Shown here one piece after another: positions 13,184 through 26,236 of a stretch of 64,000 bases of DNA; within the stretch, counting starts at the first letter, position 1; each line of letters starts with the position of its first letter. The translations under genes were made by a program, and so were the position numbers. The notes under the pieces are model-generated. The model worked only from the letters and a program-made list of their open reading frames with translations, was not told the DNA's origin and made no database searches. Source of the DNA: Octopus vulgaris (lineage: Eukaryota); contig OX597820.1 of NCBI GenBank assembly GCA_951406725.2, positions 10,478,001 to 10,542,000 on the forward strand, written 5' to 3'.

Positions 13184-14134
13184 GCGGCAAAGAAATAAGT
13201 GAAATACTTACATATACCCATGAAAGAAGTGAACACTAAGCCATGAGCACAACTAATTACTCCAAATATATCCAAAATAGAAACTCTCTAGCCCATCTCG
13301 AGACACGTGCTATTCGAACTGAAAAACTCTCGTAAAGTGAGAGAGTTCGGAAATGAACACTATTAAATTAACATCTAATATAGGATAACATTTTTCGAAT
13401 ACTAAAAAAAAACAAAAAAACACAAGATGAGTGGACGGACAAAAGAAATAGACAAATAATGACAGCTAGCATAGAGATATTGTATAAAAAAAAGACAATA
13501 AAAGAAAAAAAAAAACAAACGAGACGGACATTGATATGCCCGGTGTTTGACAGACGATAATATTGAACAAGAGACGATAGGCCCGTCATAGAAATTTACT
13601 GAACAGGTTTTGAGGTAATTTTATGTGGAAAAGGGTGCATAATTATTGCATTAATTTTAATCATCTAATATATTTTGAAACCTGGTTTAACACGTCTGTT
13701 TCTGTGCATTCAGAATGTTAAGAAGGAGAAAAAAGAACGATTTATTTAAAAGAAAGGAGGAGTGAGAGAGTGAAAAAGTGAGAAAAATTGGAGAGAGACA
13801 GGGAGAAAGTGAAGGAGTTTTCAACTGAATATATATTGAAGGTGTGTGAAAATGATTAAGTGTCGACTTCGTTACTGACACAGCAACGGAGGACGTATTG
13901 TATTGTAAATCTTAGGAAAAAAGAGAGAAGAAAATGCAAGCGATGCAATCACGTGATCAACACCTGATATGAGAAAACAAAATGCAATTTTGCTTGGGAA
14001 TTATAAATTTATCGTAATTTCATTTTCACACCAAACACATATATTATGTATTTTTGAAGAAAATATTGGGGAAGTTAAAAGAAAACAGTGTTGTTCGTTT
14101 ATAGGACTTCGAAGAGAGTAAATTTAGATATAAC

Positions 14135-14310
14135 AAGTGCAGGAGTGGCTGTGTGGTAAATAGCTTGCTTACGAACCACATGGTTCCAGGTTCAGTCCCT
14201 CTGCGTAGCACCTTAGGGAAGTGTCTTCTGCTATAGCCTCGGGCCGACCAAAGCCTTGTGAGTGGATTTGGTGGACAGAAATTGAAAGAAACTCGTTGTA
14301 TGTATGTATG

Positions 14311-14363
<53 letters not shown>

Positions 14364-14580
14364 GTGTGTGTGTGTGTGTGTGTGTGTTTGTGTGTCTGTG
14401 TCTGTCCCACAACATCGCTTGGCAACCGATGCTGGTGTGTTTTACGTCCTCGTAACTTAGCGGTTCGGCGAAAGTGACTGATGGGATAAGTACTAGGCTT
14501 ACAAATAATAAGTCATGGGGTCGATTTGTTCGACTAAAGGCGGTGCTCCAGCATGGCAACAGTCAAATGACAAACAAATA
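14135..14580 (+). mobile_element. SINE family A
   Basis: Full-length match with an expanded internal (TA)(TG) tract. Confidence 0.85.
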
Positions 14581-14819
14581 AAAAAAGGAAAAAGAATAAT
14601 AATGAAAAATAATGCTCAAACTATCAATACTATTTCAGTTACAGGTTGACTCTAACTGAAAAGAAATGACAAAACGGATCCAGCCATGACCATCCAATAT
14701 TACATTATGAAAATTCATCAAGACTATTATCCAGATTGCGTCCTGTCTTGTTTGAGGTGGCCCAATGTTACAAGTGAGAACTGGTTGCTTTTTCTTGGAG
14801 GTCGAAACACGACACAGAG

Positions 14820-15428
14820 CAATGGTCCTCAACCGGGGCCCATATGATATTTAGGGGTCCATAGAAGATTTTGTTGTTAAAATTTATGAGCAGTTAATTG
14901 ATTATACTTCTAAAATAGACAAACTATTCTAAGAGTTTTTTTCTATGTAATTCCATGGCACTCCGTCGGTTGCGACGTCGAGTGTTCCAGTTGATCCGAT
15001 CAACTGAACAGCCGGCTCGTGAAATTAATGTGCAAGTGGCTGGGCACTCCATAGACACGAGTACCTTTAACGTAGTTCCTGGGGAGATTCAGCGTTACGC
15101 AATGTGACAAGGCTTTTGAAATACAGGTACAACAGAAACAGGAAGAAAGAGTGAAAGAAAATTGTGATGAAAGCGTAGAGCAGACTTCACCTCCAGCCCC
15201 TGCCGGAGCTTCGTGGAGCTTTAGATGCTTTCGCTCAATAAACACTCACAACGCCCGGTCTGGGAATCGAAACCGCGATCTTACGACCGCGAGTCCGCTG
15301 CCCTAACCACTGGGCCATTGCACCTCCACATATAGATATAGTATGATTATTTTAATCATTGAATGGCTATGAGGGTCCAATTGGAATCAAAGGGGTCCTT
15401 AAGTACAAGAAATGGTTGAGAACCTCTG
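14820..15428. mobile_element. hAT-type MITE with a nested SINE
   Basis: Ends CAATGGTCCTCAACC / GGTTGAGAACCTCTG. A family B SINE is inserted at about 14957-15330. The TSD is not preserved. Confidence 0.55.
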
Positions 15429-15805
15429 GTGTAGGGGTTCCTTCATTGCTGCTGCCACTACCGCTGCTTCTGCAGTTGTTTCTGCAGTTGTTGGTGCTTT
15501 TATTGTTCTTGTTATTGTTACTGTCACTGCTGCTGCTGCTGCTACTGATGCTGCTGATGGTGGTGGTGGTGGTAAAAAGTGCAAGTAACGGAGGCGGAGA
15601 GAAGGGGAAATAAAGATTACGAAATCGTAATTTCGACAGGAGAAAAGCCAAGATTTATGCCGTATCGATTTGACTTTAGCTTTCCCGATCCTTTCATTGG
15701 TCACTGTTTCTCCGTTTCTACCCTTTTCACCCCTCTATCTCTCTTACCTTTTCCTTCCTCTCCTTTCAGCTTTCACTCCCCACTTCTCTCAGTGAGAAAC
15801 GGGGA

Positions 15806-15855
<50 letters not shown>

Positions 15856-15863
<8 letters not shown>

Positions 15864-16010
15864 ATGTGCGCGCATGTGTGTGTATGTGCGCGCATGTGTG
15901 TGTGTGTGTATGTGCGCGCACCTGTGTGTGTGTGTATGTGCGCGCACCTGTGTGTGTGTGTATGTGCGCGCACCTGTGTGTGTGTGTATGTGAGCGCACC
16001 TGTGTGTGTA
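15856..16010. repeat. Minisatellite of about 22-24 bp (GTGTGTGTGTATGTGCGCGCACCT)
   Basis: About six tandem units built from a microsatellite. Confidence 0.8.
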
Positions 16011-16189
16011 TGTATATATGAGTGTGTGCGTATAAATATGTATATATATGAACATATATATAAACACATATATACATATGCATACATACACATACTCGCG
16101 CGCGGTGCGCACACACACGTATGTATATATATATACGTATATGTATATATATATACATATGTATATGTATATATATATATGTGTGTGTG

Positions 16190-16229
<40 letters not shown>

Positions 16230-16393
16230 TGTATATATGTATATATATATATATATACATATGTATATATATATATGTATGTGTATATATATACATATAT
16301 GTATATATGTATATTTATATATATATATGTGTATGTATATATATATATATACACACATATATATATATACATACACACATACACCCAAATATA

Positions 16394-16439
<46 letters not shown>

Positions 16440-18182
16440 AAGCCTTAATCGAACAAACAAGGCAAGGAGGCAAAAGGAGGTAGAAGCCAGCAACAATCAA
16501 TAACTGTCCGCATGAAACTAATACATAATATAACAGCTGAGGTAATAGATAACGTTATTGTTCGTGATTTTAACGACATTTCGAACCTCAGAAAACCTCT
16601 TCTTTTTTCACAGGTTTACTCGCCATTTATTTTTACAGAAGAGTGCTTTTACTTTCGATTCTTTTTTTTTTTTTTTTTTTTTTGCTTTTCGCTTTTCGTT
16701 ACTTTATGTTCATTTTGTTTTGCAAAACTTTTTTAATTGTACAAGTTGATTATTTTTGTTTATTCATTCAAGCCATATTTTTTTTTTTCATCGTTGTTTG
16801 TTTTCTGTATTTAATTACATAAATTTTGAAAGTTAAATTTTCATGCTGCATACGTTTATTTTTATATTTAGTTTTGGTTTCACATTTTATTATTCGTTCA
16901 TATTTACTGTTCGATGTTTAAAATGTTTCGTTTATTTTATTCCTTTACCAATATATTCATATTTTTATTTTCTTAGATATTCATGTCCTATTAAAGTTAT
17001 AATATTATAAATTCTATTATTATAAACCGCCATGTTGTTTCTGGTAAATATACATCGTGTATTTCATTTTTGTTTTCTCTGATTTTCTTTCGCTTCCAAT
17101 TTATTTTTCTTAACCTAAAATTCATAAGATAACTGATATTATATCTTATGTTTGATGTCTGGTGAACTTTCCTCCTACTAATAAACAATAAAATGTATAT
17201 ATCTTTTATTTTCAAACTTTATCATAATAAACAGTTTTACTTTTTTTTCTTGCTTTCATATGCAGTCTTTTCTTTCTGATATAAAAATAATACGCTGTAT
17301 TTTTTAGGGAAAAAAAACAAAAAAACAAACCTTAATCGATTATTGATTGATACATATCTCTTTAATAGATAAGAAAAAAAAATAACACTACATTTTTTTT
17401 TTCAGATATGTGAATATGTGTTCGAATGACATTCGATTAACGCCGTGAGGTCACGAGCGATAAAAACATGTTTTAAGGCTAAAAGCAGATACTCGTATAC
17501 TGTACATCGGAAATTGTGAATATTGACGATTTTACGATTAATAAAATGGTACATGACATGACATTAAGTATAATAGCAAAGGGGAAATACATGTCTTACA
17601 TATATATATATTAGATTATCGTGCCCTATTACTTGTGTAGGATATCAATTTCGTTGTAACGTATCGACTTGCTTTTATTTGGTATTTCATGTCTTACTTC
17701 AAAGGGAAACTTTGACTCGTTGCCATTATCAAAATGTATAAAACCTTAGCAGAATACTAGAAATGATTGAATGTTGCGCACTCACACATTGAAGCACAGA
17801 TGCGCACACATACGCATGCACACATACACATACACGTACTCTGAATTTTTTATGAAGATAAAACGGAACTTAAAGGAAACACTGTTGACGAAGAATCTTT
17901 TCCTCTTCAAGTCAATAATGTTACGGTACGACAATTAATTTAGAGTAATCATTTTATTTCAGTAGACATATATTATTTTTGCTGTTATTATTGTTGCTTC
18001 TGATCGAATTATGAAGTCTGAATAGGTGTAAATATACTTTACAGAGCGAGAAAGGAAACTTACCACTCAAAAATTGCAATCTTTTTGGAGAATAACACAA
18101 CAGCGTCAGCTAAAGAAAGTAAAAAGGAACTAAATAGGTTAGAAATAATTTGATGAATAACTTAAATAAAAATATATTTAAA

Positions 18183-18575
18183 CTAGCAGTATCACCCGAC
18201 ATTGCTCGGGTGTGTTTCGACCCTTTAGAACTGGAATTTTTAAAAAGTAAAAGTTTTGCATTATGTAGCTTGTTATTCTCTTTAAGTGAACATTTTTGTG
18301 GTTAAAATACACCGAAAAATGGCGACACAGCAGTAAAAAAATCGTAAAAAATTGGGATTTTCATAGAAAAAAAAGCATCTTTTTCATGTAAATAATTTTT
18401 GGTGTTAACATGGTCCGATTTGAAGTTTTTCCTCTACGGAATGAAGAGCAAGCCTTCGTCTAACATACCCTCAATTTTGGTCAACTTGCGCCGCAGGGTC
18501 TCGGAGAAGATAGTGTTAGTTGAAGGCTACCAAACCTGCCATACACAGACAACTTCAGCTTTATATAGAGAGAGA
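18183..18575 (-). mobile_element. Non-autonomous Helitron, copy 1
   Basis: Minus strand starts A|TC(TC)n-TATATAAAGC and ends with the hairpin CCCGAGCAATGTCGGG followed by CTAG|T. No TSD. A closely similar second copy is at 39520-39894. Confidence 0.85.
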
Positions 18576-18629
18576 TTGCAAAACAGAAAGCATTTCGATA
18601 TGAACGCCGTACAAAAATGCGTTCCTTAA

Positions 18630-19030
18630 CCTTTTACTTGTTTCAATCGTTAGACTGCGCCCATGCTGATGCACCGCCTTGAAGAAATTTTAGTCGAATG
18701 AATCGACGCCAGTACTTATTTATCTTTTTTGTTTAAGACAGTAATTAATTCTATCAACTTCTTTGGCCAAACCAGTATGTTAGGAAGACGTAAACGCACC
18801 AATACCGGTTGTCGAGTGGTGGTGGGGAGACAAACATGGACACAAAGACACACATAGATATATACATATATATACATGTCCGACGGGCTTTTTCAGTTTC
18901 CATCTACCAAATCCACCCCAAGGCTTTGGTGGGCCCGAGGCTATAGAAGAAAACACTGGTCAAAGGCATCACTCGCTGGGACTAAAGCCGGAGCCACGTG
19001 GTTGGCTGGCAACCTCTTACCACACAGTCA
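18630..19030 (-). mobile_element. SINE family A, diverged
   Basis: Reverse-complement match. Confidence 0.78.
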
Positions 19031-19048
19031 CATCTGTAACTATTCTAG

Positions 19049-19481
19049 TTAGTTAGTTAGTTAGTTAGTTAATTTGGCTCAAAAGCAAATAGCAAGGCCA
19101 TGTAGGGGGACATGGAGTTAAGTACAGGGTGGTGTTCATGTAAAGAGTTCAGGCCACTTGAGGTCAAGGGAGGCTTTGAACAAAGCGGTCGTCGGCATCT
19201 TAACCCTCTCGTCTGGCAGCTTGTTCCACGGATCCGCAACCCGGACGGAGAAAGCTCCTCTCCTTCGATTGAGATGAAATCGTCGCAGGTAGAGCTTTTC
19301 GGAATGACCCCGCAGTCGACGCTCTGGAGCAGGAGTAAAGAACAGCTCTTTCGAGAGGTTACACTTTCCGCTTATGATGTTGTGGGCGAGAATGAGATCA
19401 CCACGGCGGCGGCGTTTTTCTAGAGAATAACGGTCGAGCGTCCTCAGCCTTTCTTCATAGGACAAATTTTTGAGACCATTG
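19049..19481 (-). mobile_element. 5'-truncated CR1/L2-group LINE 3' end
   Basis: ORF 19136-19465 LSYEERLRTLDRYSLEKRRRRGDLI...LRGHS.KL...FSVRVADPWNKLP is typical of a CR1-group ORF2 C-terminus. It has a (TAAC)n tail and TSD ATTCTAG at 19042-48 and 19482-88. Confidence 0.88.
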
Positions 19482-20239
19482 ATTCTAGCTTATTTATACA
19501 TATCAGATAATATTATATTATCATATTATATTGAACTTAGTACAAGCTGTACAAAACGAAGTCTATTTATCAAACAAACGAGCTTCTAAAAAATATCTAC
19601 GACACCTGAAAACATTACTTTGGAAATGGCATAAGCGTATTCTTCTGAATATGCAATTCTGCAGATTTTATGCCTGATGTAACTGCTGCAACATTAGCAA
19701 GATTTCAAGTCTGTTATAAACATTCTTTCTTAGAAAGATCCTGCTTTGCATTATAAGATTTCTTATCATTATAATTTGGCAACACATACATCTTGGTAAT
19801 TTATGGCCAGCGCCAGTATGTAAGACGCAATATGATTCCATTTGTTATTAATCGATAGCTATATCATCTTCTTCTACGCAATAAATTATGCACAAATCCA
19901 CCGATATATCATATAAAAGAAACGAAGTTTTCGGGAGAACATACCTGTACATTACAAATGATCTCCCTTATTAGTTTAGTTAGAAATGTTTCCTTGGTGA
20001 GGATCCATACATAAATGCGGCTATTAATCAGAAAGAGTTTTACATTTGGCTTGAGATGACGTTAATCTATTTTCCATGTACGTAAGCTTCCTTGAGATGT
20101 AGGTTGAAAAAACTTACATATTTTTACGTTTTTATAGACCAGACTATCGGACGCTGTGACACATCGCTGGTCACAATGCGCTTCGTACTGCTTTAGCTTT
20201 CGAATGATGTCACCTCGGGTTAGTCATTTACAGCAGAGT

Positions 20240-20458
20240 GAAGGCGGCGAGCTGGCAGAATCGTTAGCACCCTGGACGAAATCCTTAGCGGTATTTCGCC
20301 AGTCGCTACGTAATGAGTTCAAATTCCGCCGAAGTCGACTTTGCTTTTCATGCTTTCAGGGCCGATAAATTAAGTACCAATTGAATACTGCGGTCGATGT
20401 AATCGACCCAACTCTTCCTTCCAAATTTCAGGCCTTTTTCCTATAGTAGAGAGGATTT
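20240..20458 (+). mobile_element. SINE family C
   Basis: AAGGCGGCGAGCTGGCAGAATCGTTAG...GAGTTCAAATTCCGCCG, with A/B-box-like motifs. Related copies lie at 5325-5515, 7585-7785, 24180-24400, 31490-31690, 49640-50055, 55350-55480 and 58945-59270. Confidence 0.78.
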
Positions 20459-23400
20459 TCAGCAGAATGGACTGCAGGAACATAGAATAAAGTGTCTTGC
20501 TCAACAACACAAGGTGCCACTCAGTCCGGGATCGAAACTGCGATCTTTTGATCGCGAAAGTATCACGCTTACCACGATGTCACTGACCTTCACATTTGTA
20601 CTTGATATTTTGCATGAAATTTGTGCCTTCCGTTTGATACAACGTAACTGGCCATTGACATTTTGTGGCTTTGTTTGCCATTTTCAGATCCCTCTCTTTT
20701 GCGTTTGTGAAATATTTGTTTCTATCAACAAAGAACACACAATAAAGAACACACGCACTTTGTTGTGGTCGGCAATAAAGGAGGACCAGTAGATGCAAAG
20801 TGCATACTGCTGCAGTTGATATCCAATTTGAAGGAGAAAACAGTGTTTGTCTGTTCTAAATCAACGGGAATCGTTTGAAACTAATAAAGACAAGTTTCTC
20901 CGATCTTTTAATTGAATAAAACGTGATCGGTACATTATGATTTGAAAACGAAGACTCGCTTCATAAGATGGTGTCATACCTGTTCTTCAAGGCGATCGGC
21001 ACAGACAATCAAGGTGTTTGTTTTTGAGATAACAAAACTGTCACCTTCTTAGATAATCTGCAAGATAATTAAGGCACTCATGTTAATGAGTGACCACACG
21101 CATCATTGTCAATAAATCACTCGATCGACAAAATAGACTGGTCATTGGTCCACCATCCATCGTGTAACCAGGATCTTGAACCCTCAGCCTTCAGCTAGTT
21201 CGTTCCAGTGGCCGGTGAAATCTTCGAGTTACCGCCACTGTACATTCCTGCCTATTTTTTTCCTTTTGCCTCTTATTAATTTTCGGTTGTTGAGTCTAAA
21301 AATGTCAGTGATTTAAATAGTTACAAAGCTAATTTCCGTTTTTTTTTTGGTACATGGAGGTTACCGACATTTATTATAATTTCTCACAACTAAAGCATCT
21401 TATCTGTTTCAGACTGTTATCACAAGTAAGTTGCTGTTTGTTCCTTCTCAGGCCATGCCTGGCTCATGAGGGACGGTTTCCTGGTTTCATTGGCGTATAG
21501 GTTCCCCACCTGGACGGGACGCCGGTCCATCGCAGGCGAGCTGCAAGATGTAGGAGGAAAGAGTGAGAGAAAGCTGTGGCAAAAGAGTCAGCAGAAGTTC
21601 GCCATATCCTCTGCCGGAGCCACATAGAGCTTAGGTGTGTCTCTCATAAACACAAACATCGTCCGGTCTGAGATTCGCGAGTCCGCTACTCTAACCACTA
21701 GGCCATGCGCCTCCACATCGCAAGTAAGTAGACAACGCAGTATTACTTGACTAGCAAAATTCTCATATGTCATATTTGCAGTTATTTATAAGTAGGAACA
21801 AAGCAGATAGTGCGTAAAGACGTGGAAATATTAATTTTGTATAGCATACACTTTTCACTTTGGAAAGACAATTCTTGGATACTTCCTATAACATGTGAAA
21901 GCTGTCTACTTACTTTAGAAGGACGGTTATGAAGTACGGGGAAGCGCACACATTTTTCAATCCTTAGAGCGTTGACAAATTTGACGAATCACTATTTTAA
22001 CTGCTATTTCTGTACGCTTAGCGTTACAAATTACAGGTGGGTTATAAAAAGTTAAACCGTTACAGTATGGAAGAATCACACGGGCCGCTCAAAAACACAC
22101 AAAAACAGTTAACTTAGCTAAAATAGTTAATATTTGATGTCAGAATATATGTCGCACTCAATAATAGGTGAAGTTTACAGTCTTTGTATATTTTTTGAAC
22201 GACGACTAATATGTGTTCCACGCTGTAATTACTTCAGTGTCAACACAGGCCTCATATCAAATCACTTGTTTGGCGAGTACATCTCCGAAATATAGAAAAG
22301 TTAGTTATTCAGTATTCATATATATTGCTTTCTATATCTTCTTGGCCACAATGGCAAAATCTTGCCAATAGCACAACCGCTAGCAAATTTGATTAATAAT
22401 ATACTTCTAGGTAAGTTGTTTTTTCTTCAGATTCAAAGACTCTGAAACCGCATAGAAAAGCTCTTAGCAACTGAAATTATTATCGTATTAAATGAAGAGT
22501 TTCAACGTGATGTTCACATGATGAAATAGGTACTGTAAACTCTTCTTTTATTTCAAGCAACTGATGTTACTATAACTTTTTTTATTCTACGAATCAACAA
22601 AAAAGCCCAGCAAGACTAGTGTTTGTCATGGATAATCCACAGATTTAGTTTCCAAAGCTAAATGGGTGATCTGTTCAAGAACTTAATCTCATCAAATCAA
22701 AAGTTGAACAAGCCGAAAAAAGGAGAAATGAGGAAGACATTGCCTCACATATTTTACTTTCATTTTCACAGATAAATGTTAATGGTTTGTTTACTGCTGT
22801 TTGCCTGAAGCAAATGACTTAATAAAGAGCCTGAAGTGTCAAAGCAGTTTTACTTCACAACAGAAACCAATATTCATTTCTGATTCTTTCACACTTGATA
22901 CAAATGAACCACTACGAAAATGCTAATCGTTACTTTCAAGAACTCGACTTAGCAAAATTAAGTGGAATCTGTGTGTATGGAGTTTAAGATGCTTGCGTTT
23001 ATCTTCATTTTTCAAGGTAGATATATACAAATATATATGTATGTGTGCTTGTACAATATACACCATTCCTTTGTTTATAGGATAATAGAAATATTGATAA
23101 TCGTTACTGGAAATTTCAGTGACCACTCCCATTCTTATTCTATAGGAATTTCAGCCAGGAGTGTTAAATACTGTCAGACGGATTCTTGTTCGACCTAAAA
23201 AAATTTTGTTAACCCCACTTAGAATCTGGATTAATAAAACAGATTGTAAAAGATTTAAAACTTGTCAAAGAATGTTTTAAATGATTGTCGCTTACATTTC
23301 CTGCATCCAGTGAAGGCATGTGGCCTGTTGATTAGGGTATTGCACTCGCACTCAGATGATCAGCGTTTCGATTCCGGAACCGGGCGGTGAGTGATGTTCT

Positions 23401-23565
23401 GGAACAAAAATTCATGTTATTCATATTGCTCCACTCAACTCAGCAGTAAATTAATGACCCCGAAATGGACAGGTGTCCTCTTTAGAAGGCTTATTGTGAT
23501 CTGTCATGGAGACCGGATAACCGTCCTTACAAATCTATCTTAGGACTCGAGACAGAACTTACTTT

Positions 23566-23831
23566 CAGTTCTATATTTAAGAGTTGAGGAATGATGTACA
23601 TTATTTATATTTGAAGGATATTTGTCATCATCTTGTTTGTTGTTAACACAACGTTTTGGCTGATATACCCTCCAGCCTTCATCAGGTGTCTTTGGGAAAT
23701 TTCGAACCTGGGTTCTCATTCCAAAGGTATTCTTCGATGTTATTATTATTGTTATTCAGGTCACTGCCGGGAATCGAACTCGGAATCTTGGGGTTAGTAG
23801 CCCGTTCTCTTAACCACTATGCCATATGCCC
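23566..23831 (-). mobile_element. tRNA-headed SINE-like element containing a hammerhead motif
   Basis: Minus-strand head has A-box TGGCATAGTGG (23824-23814) and B-box GTTCGATTCC (23779-23770). The HHR lies about 70 nt downstream of the head. The body recurs at about 49533-49640. Confidence 0.65.
23645..23690 (-). ncRNA. Penelope-type minimal hammerhead motif, G12->A mutated
   Basis: Minus strand reads GACAC-CTGATGA-A-GGCTG GAGGGTATAT CAGCC-AAAAC-GTT-GTGTT. GAAA->AAAA matches a CpG->TpG change on the plus strand. Confidence 0.7.
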
Positions 23832-24979
23832 ACGGGCAGATGAGTACAAATGCCCGTCAAATATATATAATGTAAATAAAGAACATAATTTGTTTCCAAC
23901 ATTCGTTGATGCCAATTACAATGGTGGTATATTTGTTGGACCTCTAACAAACATATTTAAATAAAAGAAGAGTGGAGGTGGGTGCATGGTTTGCATTTTG
24001 TGGTGTAGATTATTGATGTTTAGGGATTCTCAATTGTAGGGGCCTGTTGGCAAGGTTAACTGTTTTCTACTGCCGATCATAATTTTGCATTTCATGGATT
24101 TTTAGCATATTTCCGTGGATATTGAAGTGACGTCCTATGGAGGGAAACTGAATTATTTTATCAGGATATTACACCGAAGAGTTAAGCGGCAAACTAGTAG
24201 AATCATTACCCCATCGGACAAAATGTTCAACGGTATTTCCTCCGAATGATTACATTCCGAGTTAAAAAAAAAATCCGCGGAGGATCGACATTTTATTTCT
24301 TTCTTCCGAGTTCGATAAAATAAGTGCCAACTGAACGCTGAGATAGATGTAATCGACTTAACGCCACCATTAAAATTCCTGGCCTTGTCCTATAATTTGA
24401 AACCGATATCAAAACAATGAATAGAAGCTACCTAACCTGCTGGAATATAAGCAAAATAGGACACCATATGCCACGGATGAGAAAATATAAAAATGGTCAT
24501 TACTGAAAAATGTAGTCGATTTAAAAATCAAAAATGCTTTTTCACGATCGTTTCATATTCAAATTAATATTCATACTGTGTTTACAGAATATACTAAGTG
24601 ATCAATACATTTTTTGGCAAATTAAACGTTAAAATGAACGCTGAGATAGATATAACCGACATATCTCCGGCTTTCAAATTCCTGACCTTGTCCTAAACTT
24701 TGAAACCGATTTTACAGCAATGAGTAGACGCTAACAGATCTACGGGAATACGAGCAAAATGAAAGCAGAACATAATTCTAAGGGACGGTTGAATTACCCG
24801 AAGACTAAACGGAAAAATATTATTATTTCCAGAACTATAGATAGGAAAGCAATACATGTGTATATATAATGGAAGCTAAAATAAAAGAGAATTTTCAAGG
24901 TGCAACGCAGTCGGATTGAACCTCGGAATTCTAATCACATAGCTCACCTGCACCTATATATGTATCTATACATACATAT

Positions 24980-25146
24980 GGAGTGACTGTGTGGTAAGTA
25001 GCTTGCTAACCAACCACATGGTTCCAGGTTCAGTCCCATTGCGTGGCACCTTGGGCAAGTGTCTTCTGCTATAGCCCCGGGCCGACCAAAGCCTTGTGAG
25101 TGGATTTAGTAGACGGAAAGAATGAAAGAAGCCTGTCGTATATATG

Positions 25147-25183
<37 letters not shown>

Positions 25184-25211
25184 AGAATGAAAGAAGCCTG
25201 TCGTATATATG

Positions 25212-25262
<51 letters not shown>

Positions 25263-25473
25263 TTGTGTGTCTGTGTTTCTCCCTCTACTATTGCTTGACA
25301 ACCGATGCTGGTGTGTTTACGTCCCCGTCACTTAGAGGTTCGGCAAAAGAGACCGATAGAATAAGTATTGGGCCTACAAAGAATAAGTCCCGGGGTCGAT
25401 TTGCTCGACTAAAGGCGGTGCTCCAGCATGGCCGCAGTCAAATGACTGAAACAAGTAAAAGAGAGTAAAGAGT
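24980..25473 (+). mobile_element. SINE family A with internal tandem duplication
   Basis: AGAATGAAAGAAGCCTGTCG plus the microsatellite occurs twice (about 25118 and 25183). Confidence 0.85.
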
Positions 25474-25601
25474 ATATATATATATATTAATTAAAGGAAT
25501 TCCAACCTTGTCTGATTTTCACGTTTTATTTACAATCTTATAATAATATAATATAATATAATATAATATAATAAAATAGAATGTTAAATGTTCATTCTGA
25601 T

Positions 25602-25646
25602 TGAACTAGTACTTTCATGCAATAAATTCTGCAATCTTCATGTTCA
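25602..25646 (-). ncRNA. Decayed hammerhead motif (C3->A)
   Basis: Minus strand reads TGAAC-ATGAAGA-TTGCA GAATTTAT TGCAT-GAAAG TA CTA-GTTCA. The island 25490-25720 lies between TA tracts. Confidence 0.5.
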
Positions 25647-26189
25647 TGTAGTAGTGGTGACAGTCATGCTTCACAATTTTTGACTGTGGCGAGATGATTG
25701 AATCTGTGCTTTAAATACAGCTATATATATATATATATATATCCTCCTGTCACTCCGTCGGTTACGACGCCGAGGGTTCCACTTGATCCGATCAACGGAA
25801 TAGCTTGCTCGTGAAATTAACGTACAAGTGGCTGAGTACTCCACAGTAAAAGTGTGCCCTTAACGTAGTTCTCGGGGACATTGAGTGTGTCTCTCAGCGT
25901 GACAAAGAATGTGACAAGGCTGACCCCTATGAAATACAGGTACAGCAGAATCACGAAGAATGAGTGAGAGAAAGTTGTGGTGAAAGAGTATAGCAGGGTT
26001 CGCCATCTCCCCCCTGCCGGAGCCTCTTGGAGCTTTAGCTGTTTTCGCTCAACAAACACTCATAACGCCCGGTCTGGGAATCGAAACTGCGATTCCGCTG
26101 TCCTGACAACTGAGCCATTGCGCCTCTGCACACACACACGCAGACGCACATAATAATATAAAGATTATATATATGAATATGTATGTATA

Positions 26190-26236
<47 letters not shown>

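Noticed and set aside
15856-16010. Regularly spaced repeats resembling a CRISPR array
   Set aside because: There are no unique spacers, the context is eukaryotic, and it is a simple minisatellite.
23759-23831. Possible bona fide tRNA gene
   Set aside because: The acceptor and anticodon stems pair poorly and there is no T-run terminator; it is better explained as a SINE head.
24330-24770. Direct repeat of about 130 bp (24330-24460 versus 24635-24770) as a possible LTR pair
   Set aside because: The copies are diverged, begin within a family C SINE tail, and lack TG..CA ends, PBS or PPT; an old local duplication is more likely.
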